Origin: Utricularia gibba
Lineage: Eukaryota > Plantae > Magnoliophyta
DNA: 64,000 nt
NCBI GenBank assembly: GCA_002189035.1
Contig: NEEC01000007.1
Span: forward strand, 1,426,001-1,490,000
Direction: 5' to 3'
The notes below the pieces were generated by a model. It was not told the DNA's origin, made no database searches, and was given only the letters and a program-made list of their open reading frames with translations. Made by a program: the position numbers and the translations under genes. Of the stretch, positions 16,862 through 30,223 are shown piece by piece (position 1 is the stretch's first letter; the number at the start of each line of letters is the position of its first letter).

Positions 16862-17787
16862 ATGACTAAAGTTGGTTGCTTGGCTACTTTGCTTTTGTTG
16901 CTCCTCAGCCATGTGGGAGCCATGATCCCCGGAGCTTACACCGGAGGATCATGGCAGTCGGCCCATGCCACGTTCTACGGAGGCAGTGATGCATCAGGGA
17001 CTATGGGTGGGTGATTAATAGTGTTACTCCTCTTATCTGGATTTCTTCATGTCTGAATAACATGATGATGAACAGGTGGAGCCTGTGGATATGGGAACCT
17101 GTACAGCCAAGGGTATGGTGTGAACACAGCAGCTCTCAGCACAGCCCTCTTCAACAATGGTTTCAGCTGTGGTGCCTGTTTCGAGATCAAGTGTAGAAAC
17201 GAGCCAAATTGGAAGTGGTGCCATGCAGGCAGCCCCTCGATCTTCATCACTGCAACTAACTTCTGCCCTCCCAACTATGCTCTGTCTAATGACAATGGTG
17301 GCTGGTGCAATCCACCGCGCCCTCATTTTGACCTTGCCATGCCGATGTTCCTGGCGATAGCAGAATATCGGGCTGGAATTGTTCCTGTTTCTTACCGGAG
17401 GTGAGCTCCATTTCCACCCAGCACAGACATCCACTTAAGGCTCTTTCACTAACTTGCCTGTTCTAATGATGGAACAGGGTTCCATGCCATAAGAAGGGGG
17501 GCATCAGGTTTACCATCAACGGATTCCGTTACTTCAACATGATTCTGATCTCCAATGTAGCCGGCGCAGGGGATATCGTGAACGCCTGGGTGAAAGGATC
17601 AAGAACCGGGTGGATGGCCATGAGCAGAAACTGGGGTCAAAACTGGCAATCCAACTCCATTCTGGTGGGTCAGTCGCTATCTTTCCGAGTGCAGGCCAGC
17701 GACCGTCGCCATACAACATCCTGGAACATAGCTCCTCCTGATTGGCAGTTTGGCCAAACCTTTACAGGCAAAAACTTCAGAGTCTAA
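16862..17787 (+). CDS. EXPA4: Alpha-expansin, EXPA4/6/16-like (3 exons)
   Basis: Signal peptide, [15 protein letters not shown]|[22 protein letters not shown]|[29 protein letters not shown]. Intron 1 is 17007..17075 (69 nt). Confidence 0.93.
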
Positions 17788-18389
17788 CGGAACTCCTTAC
17801 AGTAACCAGCTCCACATATTTCAGTCTTTCTTGGTTTTAAGATTCTGTACAAGGCTTGAAGTGGCTAGAATCTACACTCAGCTTTATTTAACTCTTTCTC
17901 AATGGAGTGTTTTTTTTTTCTCAGAATATTCATAATCCGCACAGGAAAACCATTCGAAACCCATACCTGCGAACAAGAGATCATTACCAAATTTTAAGCG
18001 AGAACCCGAAAAGACAAACCTTTTACTCGAATTCAGAAAATAGGAAAGACAATAGAGACCAAAAAGGGCTCATATCAAGTGTACATTAAGGTTACTTCAA
18101 AGCGGGCAAAAGCAAAAACTCCCAATTCAAAACGAGATGAAGCTGCAGAGACATCAAAAGAACATAGTCTACGCCAGAAGCCAACTCTTTGCCGGAACGC
18201 AAAAGAGGGCGGCGACACTTCACTCAGATCTGAATTGGGGATTGCTCAATTCAAAAAAAAAAAAATTGGCCCGCTCGATCCTCTCTCATCGTAATCACAG
18301 CCCACGAAATCGACGAAACAAACACAAATTCTTGACACACGCAAAACCTTCCATTCATCCCAGATCGGGAAGAAACCGCATCACCTACC

Positions 18390-18500
18390 TAGGGTTTTAC
18401 GTTTCAGAAATCAAAAAGAGGTGAAACCCCCCATTCAAGTGAGCCAGCCCAACTCCAACCGATGGGCTTAGAGAAAATTATAGCCCGCATACTTAGCCCA
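18390..18500 (-). promoter_or_regulatory. Telo-box plus site II-like motifs; putative promoter of a minus-strand transcript
   Basis: TAGGGTTT (AAACCCTA on the minus strand) at 18390..18397, and TGGGCT/AGCCCA motifs at ~18440-18500. Confidence 0.45.
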
Positions 18501-18799
18501 ATTCAGCTTACAAATATCTCCGAGATTTTTTTTTATGTTAAAATAAAATGGACATTTAAAAATTCAGATTTAGAAAATAATCTTTTAAATAGTCAAATTG
18601 AATTGAATTGAATTCAATCACCATCATAAATTTTAAGTAAATTGAATAATATTTTTTTAAAACAAAACAAGGTTAGAAAGCGATGGGCCGAACGGGGAAT
18701 GTACCGAAAATAGCTTGTCCACGCAACATGGTACAAGCACTACACTTGGAAATATTAGAAGACAATTACGCTAGGGATGGTGATGGTGAGTAGTGCGTC

Positions 18800-19477
18800 C
18801 TATCGGGTGACGTCCGCCCTGAAAGTTACTCCAACCTGAATTTCACCGCGGTAACTCAGATCGCTGGAAACCACCCTGTACTTCTGCGGGGAAAGCTCAG
18901 CTTGGCCGCTCTCCATCCCCATCTCTATCAGTTCCTTCAGGTAAATCCTGCCATTTTGAACCAAGCCGTGGTGTATCGATCAACCAGCAAGAGGAAAGAA
19001 GCGCACACAAATTCTAAAAAGATCCGTACGTAGTCTGGCCAAGATAGTCGTGTTCTGTGAAGGCATCGGAGTCCATGATTCTGATCACTAGTTTGTGGGC
19101 TTCACTGCCTTCCTGAGAGGACCCCTTCACTTGGAACTTGAAGCTTTGGTTCCATTTGGGACTGCTTCTCTTTCCTGTCAAATGAAGCAAAAGTTGAGTC
19201 TTCATGGCTTATGGAGTGATGTGGCGAGTAGCAGTTTACCCCGGAGGCAAAAGCAGAAGAGGGAAGATGTAGGCTGGGTACTGTTTCTAGTGCTCTTGCG
19301 TGGCTGGTCACTGTACTGAACCACCAAGTACGGGTCTAGTTTCCCTGTACAAAGCAGAGCCATCAATGAGTAAATGCAGTTTAGAGGAGTAGAAGTGGAG
19401 GGGCGCAAACCGCAGAGTTGAGAGCTTCTGAGTCCCCGGCCGCGGAGCACACCCACCTCCAGCGTTCCGGTCCCCAT
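18800..19477 (-). CDS. Small single-C2-domain protein (elicitor-responsive ERG-like), 4 exons
   Basis: MGTGTLEVGVLRGRGL..|GKLDPYLVVQY..SPKWNQSFKFQV..KLVIRIMDSDAFTEHDYLGQTT|IYLKELIEMG..QKYRVV..YRGEIQVGVTF. Confidence 0.85.
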
Positions 19478-19977
19478 CTTCTTCCCCTGCCCCTCGACAC
19501 ACAGACGCCTCTTTTTTTCCCGGCTTGTGTTATGATATTCAGACCTTTGTTATTTAAATTGTTTTCATTCATCCACAGTTGTGGAACTTATCTCAAATAA
19601 CCTTTATACCCCTACCAAGTAAAAAAAATCCTATTTTCCCATTTGGGTTAACGAGAGAAAAAAGCCCTGAAAAAGTATCAGAAGGCTCGTATTGAAAGAA
19701 AAGTAAAACCTGCATAGATTTGTACTAGTGACAACACGAGAAAGCTGCAAAATGCAATGAAGCGAGGACAAGTTTTGAGTTTACTTCACGTGAAGGAGAC
19801 GTTCACATGGTAAGAATAGGATGAAATAAGAACTTCTATTCTGCCACTGGCACTAGAGAAGCACAAACTCTCAAGTATTATTCATTAAAGGTATGATGAA
19901 GTCACTATTTCTAGAAGAACATCAATGCATCACATACCAATCTGTTAATGGTTGTGGTAGTAACCAGCAACTGGAAA

Positions 19978-21217
19978 CTACTTGGACTCGGTTGCGGTCG
20001 TTTCTGCTGTTGTTGATGTTTGAAGCATACACGCATTGCATTCCTTGCAGGGAGCTGGTTCGCTTTCTAGAACGCTGATCCGTAGCGTCTGCTCCTTGCC
20101 CTCTTTCCCAGGCACATGAAGGAGAGCATCCATAATGAGAATGTCCCAATCTTTTGGTCGGAGGAGCGAAAACCCTGTATCGTCTGTGGAGAAGGGAATC
20201 AAATGCGTCGCGTCAGTTGGGAAGGGATATGACTTTCAGCTCATGCACATACATCACTGAATTCAATATGTTGGTTCCAATGAGAAAAACCTTGATTATG
20301 CATTGCTTTGAGCTGGAAAATCCCAGTTCCTAGAGGACCGGAAACAGGAAACGAGCAGGACACGGATTTCCGGTTGCGGGCTACTGCAAGTGACGCATTG
20401 TACCATGGCCCTCGTTCAACCGGCTCACCTATGGCTTCGATTATTTCTTTGTTCTGACGTGCTTTCTCCAACGCCTTGCTGCAACATACAAGAGGAATAC
20501 ATTTTACATATGATTTCAGTAAACTAACACTTTACATGGATCACACAGCTCAAGGACATCATGGAATATTTTAATAACAGCATGATCTCCATACCCTCTA
20601 GCCAAAACAAACATTCCTCCGCCAGTAACGAGAACAGGGAAGGCGCAAAAGCAAACAAGATATACAGCCCGAGGATGTTCACCCCACAATTATGTGACAT
20701 CCGAGGGACTCTTTTGATAAGAAACCATGATATCTGCTGTTCAACAAACCCGACTAATGTACTTCATTTTAACCACAATCTCGTTATAATTGCCAGCGAT
20801 AAAAGTCAGACGTTGAAACCATGCATAAATTAAGAACTCCTATAATCAGTTAATCACGGGCACTGCCCCAGGCACACTTAAGATCGCCTGAAAACCCAAC
20901 TCTAAAAAAAAAGTTGCTAAATGATCGCTTAATCGCCAGCCGAAAACAGAATCATGAAAATCAGCAACGAAACGGAGCAATAAAAAAAATGAATCTCAAT
21001 CGAAAAGTATACGTAAACATCGAAATAACCTGCTGCATCCATGGAAAATGATGAGATCATCAATGGCACTCAAAGCGATACCTCCGGTTACACAGATGAG
21101 GGCTCCAGAAACGAGCCTCCGTCCCCAAGACACAGGTTTTTCCTCTGCGGAGGCTACAGAAACCGGCGCCGCGGCCCCTCTGTTCATCAGCGACGACAGC
21201 CGCCTCCACGCGGCCAT
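19978..21217 (-). CDS. Coa1/Tim21-like domain protein, probably mitochondrial (3 exons)
   Basis: Presequence-like MAAWRRLSSL, TM segment GALICVTGGIALSAIDDLIIFHGCS|SKALEKA..EAIGEPVERGPWYNASLAV..SVSCSFPVSGPLGTG..|DWDILIMDALLHVP. Matches a plant Coa1-domain family as recalled. Confidence 0.7.
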
Positions 21218-21489
21218 CCTTCTACCGCAACACGAGGTCCCTCAATTTTTATGTTGGCCGCTCACTGGACTGAACTCTTAGAGCGTGAGCCCAATCCCTA
21301 ACGCACATTTTTAACCAAAATAAATCAATAAACCACGCAGTAACTTATTTTCACCACAGTAAAAGTGGATTTACCCAGGCCCAAGGCCCAAACTCGCTTA
21401 ATCGCTCAAGCCCAAAATATTTCACCTCTCTATTTATAAGCTTTTCTTCAATAAATAATAAACCAGCATGAAATAGGAACAACTTGAGT

Positions 21490-23943
21490 TTAACAAGCGA
21501 CTGCCATCTCCGGTTGAGAAGGCTGAGCTCCATCGTCTTCCAACAACGGACTTTGCTGGAACTCATTTCTCAGTTGACCACAAGCTGCATTGGCATCTAA
21601 TCCTCGCGTTACTCGAACACTAACTGTTATTTTATGTGACTCCAGAGCTGCTGAAAACGCAAGAATCTGCAACAGAGCAAACAGTTTTTGAGTGATGAGG
21701 AAGATGGATGAAGGAGATGGATATGTTGTAGAAGGGTAGGGAGGTGTACCGATTTTTTGGATGGACGCTGGTATTCTGAACCTTCTACTGGATTAAAAGG
21801 GATCAGGTTTACGTGATAACCCGGACCCCATCTGTGGAGAAGCGCAGCTAGTTCTGTGGCATGCTCTACTTTGTCATTGACTCCCGCTACCAAGGAAGGA
21901 GAAGGGATTAATGTCATGTTGCATGGGAGAATAGGCACTGGTAAGTAGAGGGGAGGTGATGACGAGGGTTACCTAAAAGTGTATACTCGAAGGATACGCG
22001 TCTGTTTGTTTGAAGGAAGTAGTGCTGGCAGTCCTTCATGAGGGCATCCAAGGGGTATGACTTTGCACTGGGAACAATCTTCTCTCTAAGGGCCTGATTG
22101 GGAGCATGTAGACTGCAGAAGTAGGATGCAGAAGGTGAGAATGCTGCTGACAAAGTGCTGCTAAATACAGAGGTTAACTGGGAGAAACGCAAGTTAAAGT
22201 TCGATTAAGGATTCATTATCAACAATGTTATCCAGATTGGAATGGTGATAGCGCCAGCAGCATAGACCACACAGTGGCATGAAATCACTGTAAAGTTTAA
22301 TGATCCACATAATTATGCATCTAAAAAAATGTGCGGAAATGATATACCTTATAGCAAGTGTAGATTGAAGTTTGTGAGATGCCAGCTTCCTTATGGTGTT
22401 TGGAACCCCAACTGTGGAAATTGTTATCATCCTTTGTCCGATCTGAATATCCTGAATATCACTAATGTTACAGCTTCAGAAAAAAATCATTATACCTTGT
22501 TTAAACAGCAATGTGCTTTTATTGCACAAGATGAATGTCAAGAAGTTGAAGACTTTATTCAGAATAAATTATGCCTGGCTACAGGAAATATCCACCATCA
22601 TGTTACAATTTCAGAAAAAAAATCATTATACCTTGTTTAAACAGCGATGTGCCTCAAGAACTTCGTTCAAATTCAACATAGGCTCGCCCATTCCCATGAA
22701 AACAACATTTGTAACTCTACGTTTGAAGATTTCTTCTACTGCTAAAACCTGAAATATATGATGATGCCTCATTATATCGAATCACACATGGAAAGTTAAA
22801 AACAGGATCATGTATGCGCAGCCATATGAAAAAATTTCTGGCACGTGATGGCTTCACTACTGATGAAACCAAATCAAGGTCATATAAGAAGCTAAAGGCA
22901 ACACAAGACAAGTGTATGCAGCCTTCCCAGGGAAGAAGATTCCCCATTGGAAAGTTACTTGCAGCAGATTAAATTCACTTGCCTGTTCAACAATCTCATG
23001 GCACTTAAGGTTCCTGGAGAATCCCCCTTTTCCAGTTGCACAAAAGGAACACCGTAATGGACAACCAACCTGTTGAAAGATTTATAGCACGCACCAGAAT
23101 GCAACGAAACGTTAAAATTTCATGCAAAATACAGAAGAAAGAACTAAGACAGCAAATATTACCTGCGATGAAATGCATGCGGTAAGTCTAACTGAACCTT
23201 TCTCATCCTCATTCGGTATGCCAACAGTTTCCACCATCCTGTTATCTTCAAGCTTAATCAGTAGCTGAAACGGACAAACCATGATGGTGATTAAAAACAT
23301 CTTGACCAAGCATCAGCAATATTTGCTTATGCATCATCAAAAACTCCAAAGAAAGAGTAGATATTGAGCAACAAAACAAGTTTCAATAAAATTGCGTTTG
23401 TTACAAGGATTTACCTTCACAGTACCATCAGCGGCAGTCACCTCCTTAAAAATAGGCGATCTTCCCACTGTCCATCCCGCTTCAAGAAGTTCATTCCTGA
23501 ACACCAACGGCACTTCTGCCCCGCCCCATAAAGGCCTCTTTTAAAACCGCTCACCAAAAGTTAAAACAGAAACGAAAAATTAAAATAAAAACTCACACTG
23601 AATAAAATCTTGAACTTCTTTGATCTTCATCTTGTACAATAAATGGTGTAACTGTTTTCCTCTGTACTTCTCCTGCCACAGCAATGGAGAAAATTTTACA
23701 CCAAGCTCGAAATTTTGAATAGACATTGCCAATGTTTATTTTCATGCTTACTTGCCCAAAAGCTACGGCAAGCTGCTGAAGTCCCTGCTCCGACAAACCG
23801 AGGAGCACACGAGGATCCTGTTTATTTTTGTTCAAGACAGCCGCGGAGACGCTGGTCGCGCATCCTCTACAAGACCCCGTTAACGAAAAAAATATCCCGG
23901 CACGCATAATAGGCGCCTGTAGTAGCACAGCAGCCGGCGCCAT
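21490..23943 (-). CDS. RlmN: Dual-specificity RNA methyltransferase RlmN (radical SAM), organelle-targeted
   Basis: LTACISSQV|[15 protein letters not shown] (CxxxCxxC), [61 protein letters not shown]. Confidence 0.93.
22465..22652. repeat. ~52-bp imperfect direct repeat covering an RlmN exon end and its donor site (copies 22465..22516 and 22600..22652)
   Basis: atgttacagcttcagaaaaaaatcattataccttgtttaaacagcaatgtgc versus atgttacaatttcagaaaaaaaatcattataccttgtttaaacagcgatgtgc. Confidence 0.85.
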
Positions 23944-24431
23944 TCCGAGGAGAAATTCACCGACCGGGAGAACGAAGAAGAAGATAAGCAACAAGCACCC
24001 CGTAGCTAAAACCCCCCAGAAATGTAGGTGCGAACAGGTCCAATACTCCAACCACGTAAGTAAGATCTGGGCCGGATTTTAGGCTTTTGGGCCGGACTGA
24101 TACATCCTACGCCTCTCTCCAAATTAGTATATGGGCTTTTAGGAAAAAAAAAGTTGCATATTCAACACCCGGGATTCGAACCGGGTACGGAACTCCAACG
24201 GTCCGGAAAACCGTTTCTAGTCTCAAGTAATAGAAGGTTAAAGCATGGGGAAAAAGCATGGTTTCGAGAATGGCTCAAGCTCCAACTCAAAGCTTATTAC
24301 CGCAGAAAGTATCATGGAGCTTGAAACATAAGTGTGAAAAAAAAAAGCACAGTATAGGTGAATGATGGTTGCTCATAAGCGAGCCAGGACAAGAAGCATG
24401 GAAGTAGCGGCCAGCCACCAACAACTTGAAC

Positions 24432-26968
<2,537 letters not shown>

Positions 26969-27582
26969 TTCGATAATCGCAAGATGAGAGAAACTTGTCG
27001 TTTGAAATGAAGTCGAGTGCGCTCTGAGAGTGAGAAAACAGGTAAATGCTCAGGCACGCGTTCTTCTTATCTGTGGGTAGCCAAGAAAACCCGCATGCTC
27101 CTGCGGATTACGGATCACCAAAAGTGAAATTCCTAGAATACCCTTGACGCCGTTAAGTAACGGAAAGCGCAGAGGAAAGTATCTACGGTAGTTCGCCCCT
27201 CAGTCTGTTGACAGAATATTCTTAGCGCACGAATGGATATTTCCTTTTCTTTTATTTTTGTTTGATTTTCAGCATTAATTTAAATTTGTGGATACAAATT
27301 TTTTAATTGATTATCCTTCTGAAAAGATAACGAGGAAAAAAGGGCATTGCACCAAGAATTTTTATGTAGTTTGATTTGTAATTACATTATTCGAGGAGGA
27401 CTGCTAAGCAATTCTTTAAATTTTAGGATTTTTTTTAAAAATAATGCTTATATATAATAAATGGATTTAATAATCAATAAAATTGTCGACCAATTCTGGA
27501 CGCGGAATGCGCAAGCCACGGTTTGTCCTAAAGAAATCTCCTGCGCTTTATATACCGACAAAGAAACTCGGAGGCACGTAAA

Positions 27583-29024
27583 ATGGCGAGAAATTCATCA
27601 TCATCCGCCACCCAGACGGCACTCGCCGCCGCGATCCTCCTGCTGGCCACCGTCTCCACCGTCCAATCCATCGGGGTCAACTACGGCACTATCGCCGACA
27701 ATCTCCCTCCTCCTGCCCAAGTCGCTCAATTCCTCAAGAGCAAAACCTTCATCGACCGCGTCAAAATCTTCGACGTAAATCCCGACATCATCCGGGCCTT
27801 CGCCAACACCGGAATCTCCGTCTCCGTCACCGTACCGAATGGTGAGATTCCAAATCTCACCAACATTCGCTACGCCCGTACATGGGTTGCCGCCAATATC
27901 AAACCGTTTCACCCGCAGACCCGATTCGGATACATTCTCGTCGGGAACGAAATTCTCCATTGGGGTCCTCAGAACCTAATCGACAACCTTGTGTCTGCCA
28001 TGAAAACCCTCCACCGCGCCCTAATTCGCGAGGGATTCGCGACATTAAGGTCACGACGGCGCATTCCCTGGGAATTTTGAAGCCATCGGTGATACCCAGT
28101 TTGGCCCGGTTCCGACCAGGATGGGACGTCGGAGTACTAGCTCCGATGCTGCAATTTCTCCGAGAAACGAAGTCCCCTTTTATGGTGAATCCGTATCCGT
28201 ATTTCGGGTACGACACCGCGAAACCGGATTTGTCTCTGTTTCGTCCGAATAAAGGGATTTTCGACAAGTACGTGAAGAGAACGTATTTCAACATGTTTGA
28301 TGTGTTGATGGATTCGGTTTTCATTTCGATGAAGAGATTGGGGTACGGGGATGTGCCGATCGTGGTGGGGGAGACGGGATGGGCGTCGCAGGGGGAGGTT
28401 TACGAGCAGCCCAAGTGCTCGGTGGGGAACGCGGCGGCGTACAACGGCGGGCTTGTGAGGAAGTTCAATGCTGGCGCAGGGACGCCATTGATGCCGAAGA
28501 GGAGGTTTGAGACGTACATATTCTCCTTATTTAATGAGAATCTGAAGTCCGGGTCGACAGCGGAGAGGAATTTCGGGCTTTTGTACCCTGATTTTACGCC
28601 GGTGTACGACGCCGGCATCATGCGCCATGGGGTCGCTCCTCCCACTACTGGCAAGGTAAACTGCAATCCCGGTTCCATAGTAGCTTTTTTCAAGCACCGC
28701 TGCTTTAACTAATATCAATTTTCCTTCCATTTTCCCCAGGGAGGCGGTTCCGGCGGAGGGAAACGGTGGTGTGTCCCCAAGACAGGGGCGAACGATGCGG
28801 CTCTACAGAACAACATAAACTACGCGTGCAGCCAGGGAATCGACTGCAGACCGATACAACCCGGCGGCGCGTGCTTCACCCCCAACAACGTGAAGGCTCA
28901 CGCGGCGTTCGCCATGAACCTTTATTACCAGACCAAAGGACGCCACGACTTCAACTGCGACTTCTCCGGCACCGGTTTCCTCACCTCCACCGATCCCAGC
29001 ACCGGCGCTTGCCGATTTACCTAG
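27583..29024 (+). CDS. Glucan endo-1,3-beta-glucosidase (GH17) with C-terminal X8/CBM43 domain
   Basis: Signal peptide, [59 protein letters not shown]. Intron ~28657-28740, then [24 protein letters not shown]. One 1-G loss at ~28033. Confidence 0.92.
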
Positions 29025-30223
29025 AGCTGGATGAAGAAGACAACGAAATTTGTTTATACTCATTCGTTGCACAATATTGCAACAATACCATATGATCATT
29101 CATTCATTCGTTCCCAATGTCCATAAAATAAATAAATATTCATTTTCTTAATTTATAAAATTATAAACTTTAATAAACATTTATTGTTTGTAATAGCACA
29201 TTTAATCCATACTTTTGGGTTGATGTATTGAATTTCTATGAATTTAAATTCAAAATATTTAATGTAGAATTTTGAGTAAAATCCATAAATAAATAAAGCA
29301 CCAGATCCACGAATGTTGCCACTTGGGGAAAAAACAAAGGATCAATGGAAAGAGCCGATGGCAGCAGGCAGGAGTTTGTCTTCCTTCGACTCCTGTAATG
29401 ACTTCATGGTAGCATTACCTGTGCAAGGTCTTCTGTTGTCCGGCTGCCGCAATAGTTAACAAGACGGTGGTGGATGGAGAACAGATTTCTTTCAGGCAAC
29501 TGCAGGAGCAACACAACTTCATAAGTATGCACAGTGTACAAAACACATTAAGCACATGTAACTATGAGAAGTTGGCGTGCACACCGCACTCTTTCTGGTA
29601 AATGGTGCTTCACTGGCCATGCGGGAGGGGTGAGAGATCACCTATTTGTACTAAATCCATGGTTTCAAATTTGTCCTGCAAATCCACCATTCCCATGGAA
29701 GAACCTGCAAAAAAGGCATCAGCACTGCCGGGGACTGCGCCACCATGCTGGCTGACAAGCACTCAAAACTTCATGGCCAACTACAGTCGATGGATGATGG
29801 ATGATGCGGGTGATGCCATGCTGTAACATGGCTAGTTTTCATGACATACCAAAGGTTTCTAGTTGCTCTAACAATGCAACCAAATACATGATCATAGAAC
29901 CAAATATAATCGATGGATGATGGATGATGAGATGGAGCTGATAACCCCATCTTATAGCCATGTGCTTCAGTACACAGAATGTAATGGCACTACCTGCTAT
30001 GAAAAAGGGTGATACAAAAGGACATTTGCAGGCAGAGATCCGTGCAGTTAACTTTAGAATAAAACTAGCATTCATGTGCTGCCATGTATGCATGTTCACT
30101 AAATATATGCATATATAAAACCGAGAGGCAGAGGCACTAAGATATGTGAGATGCGATGATAAATGGATGCATGCAATGCTCGTGTTTGTCAAGGCATACG
30201 AAGCACAGTGCATCCCCTTCAGA

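Noticed and set aside
24166-24186. tRNA B-box/T-arm-like GGTTCGAATCCCGG on the minus strand
   Set aside because: No A-box, D arm, anticodon arm or acceptor stem nearby, and the T stem has a mismatch. Not a tRNA; at most a SINE or tRNA relic.
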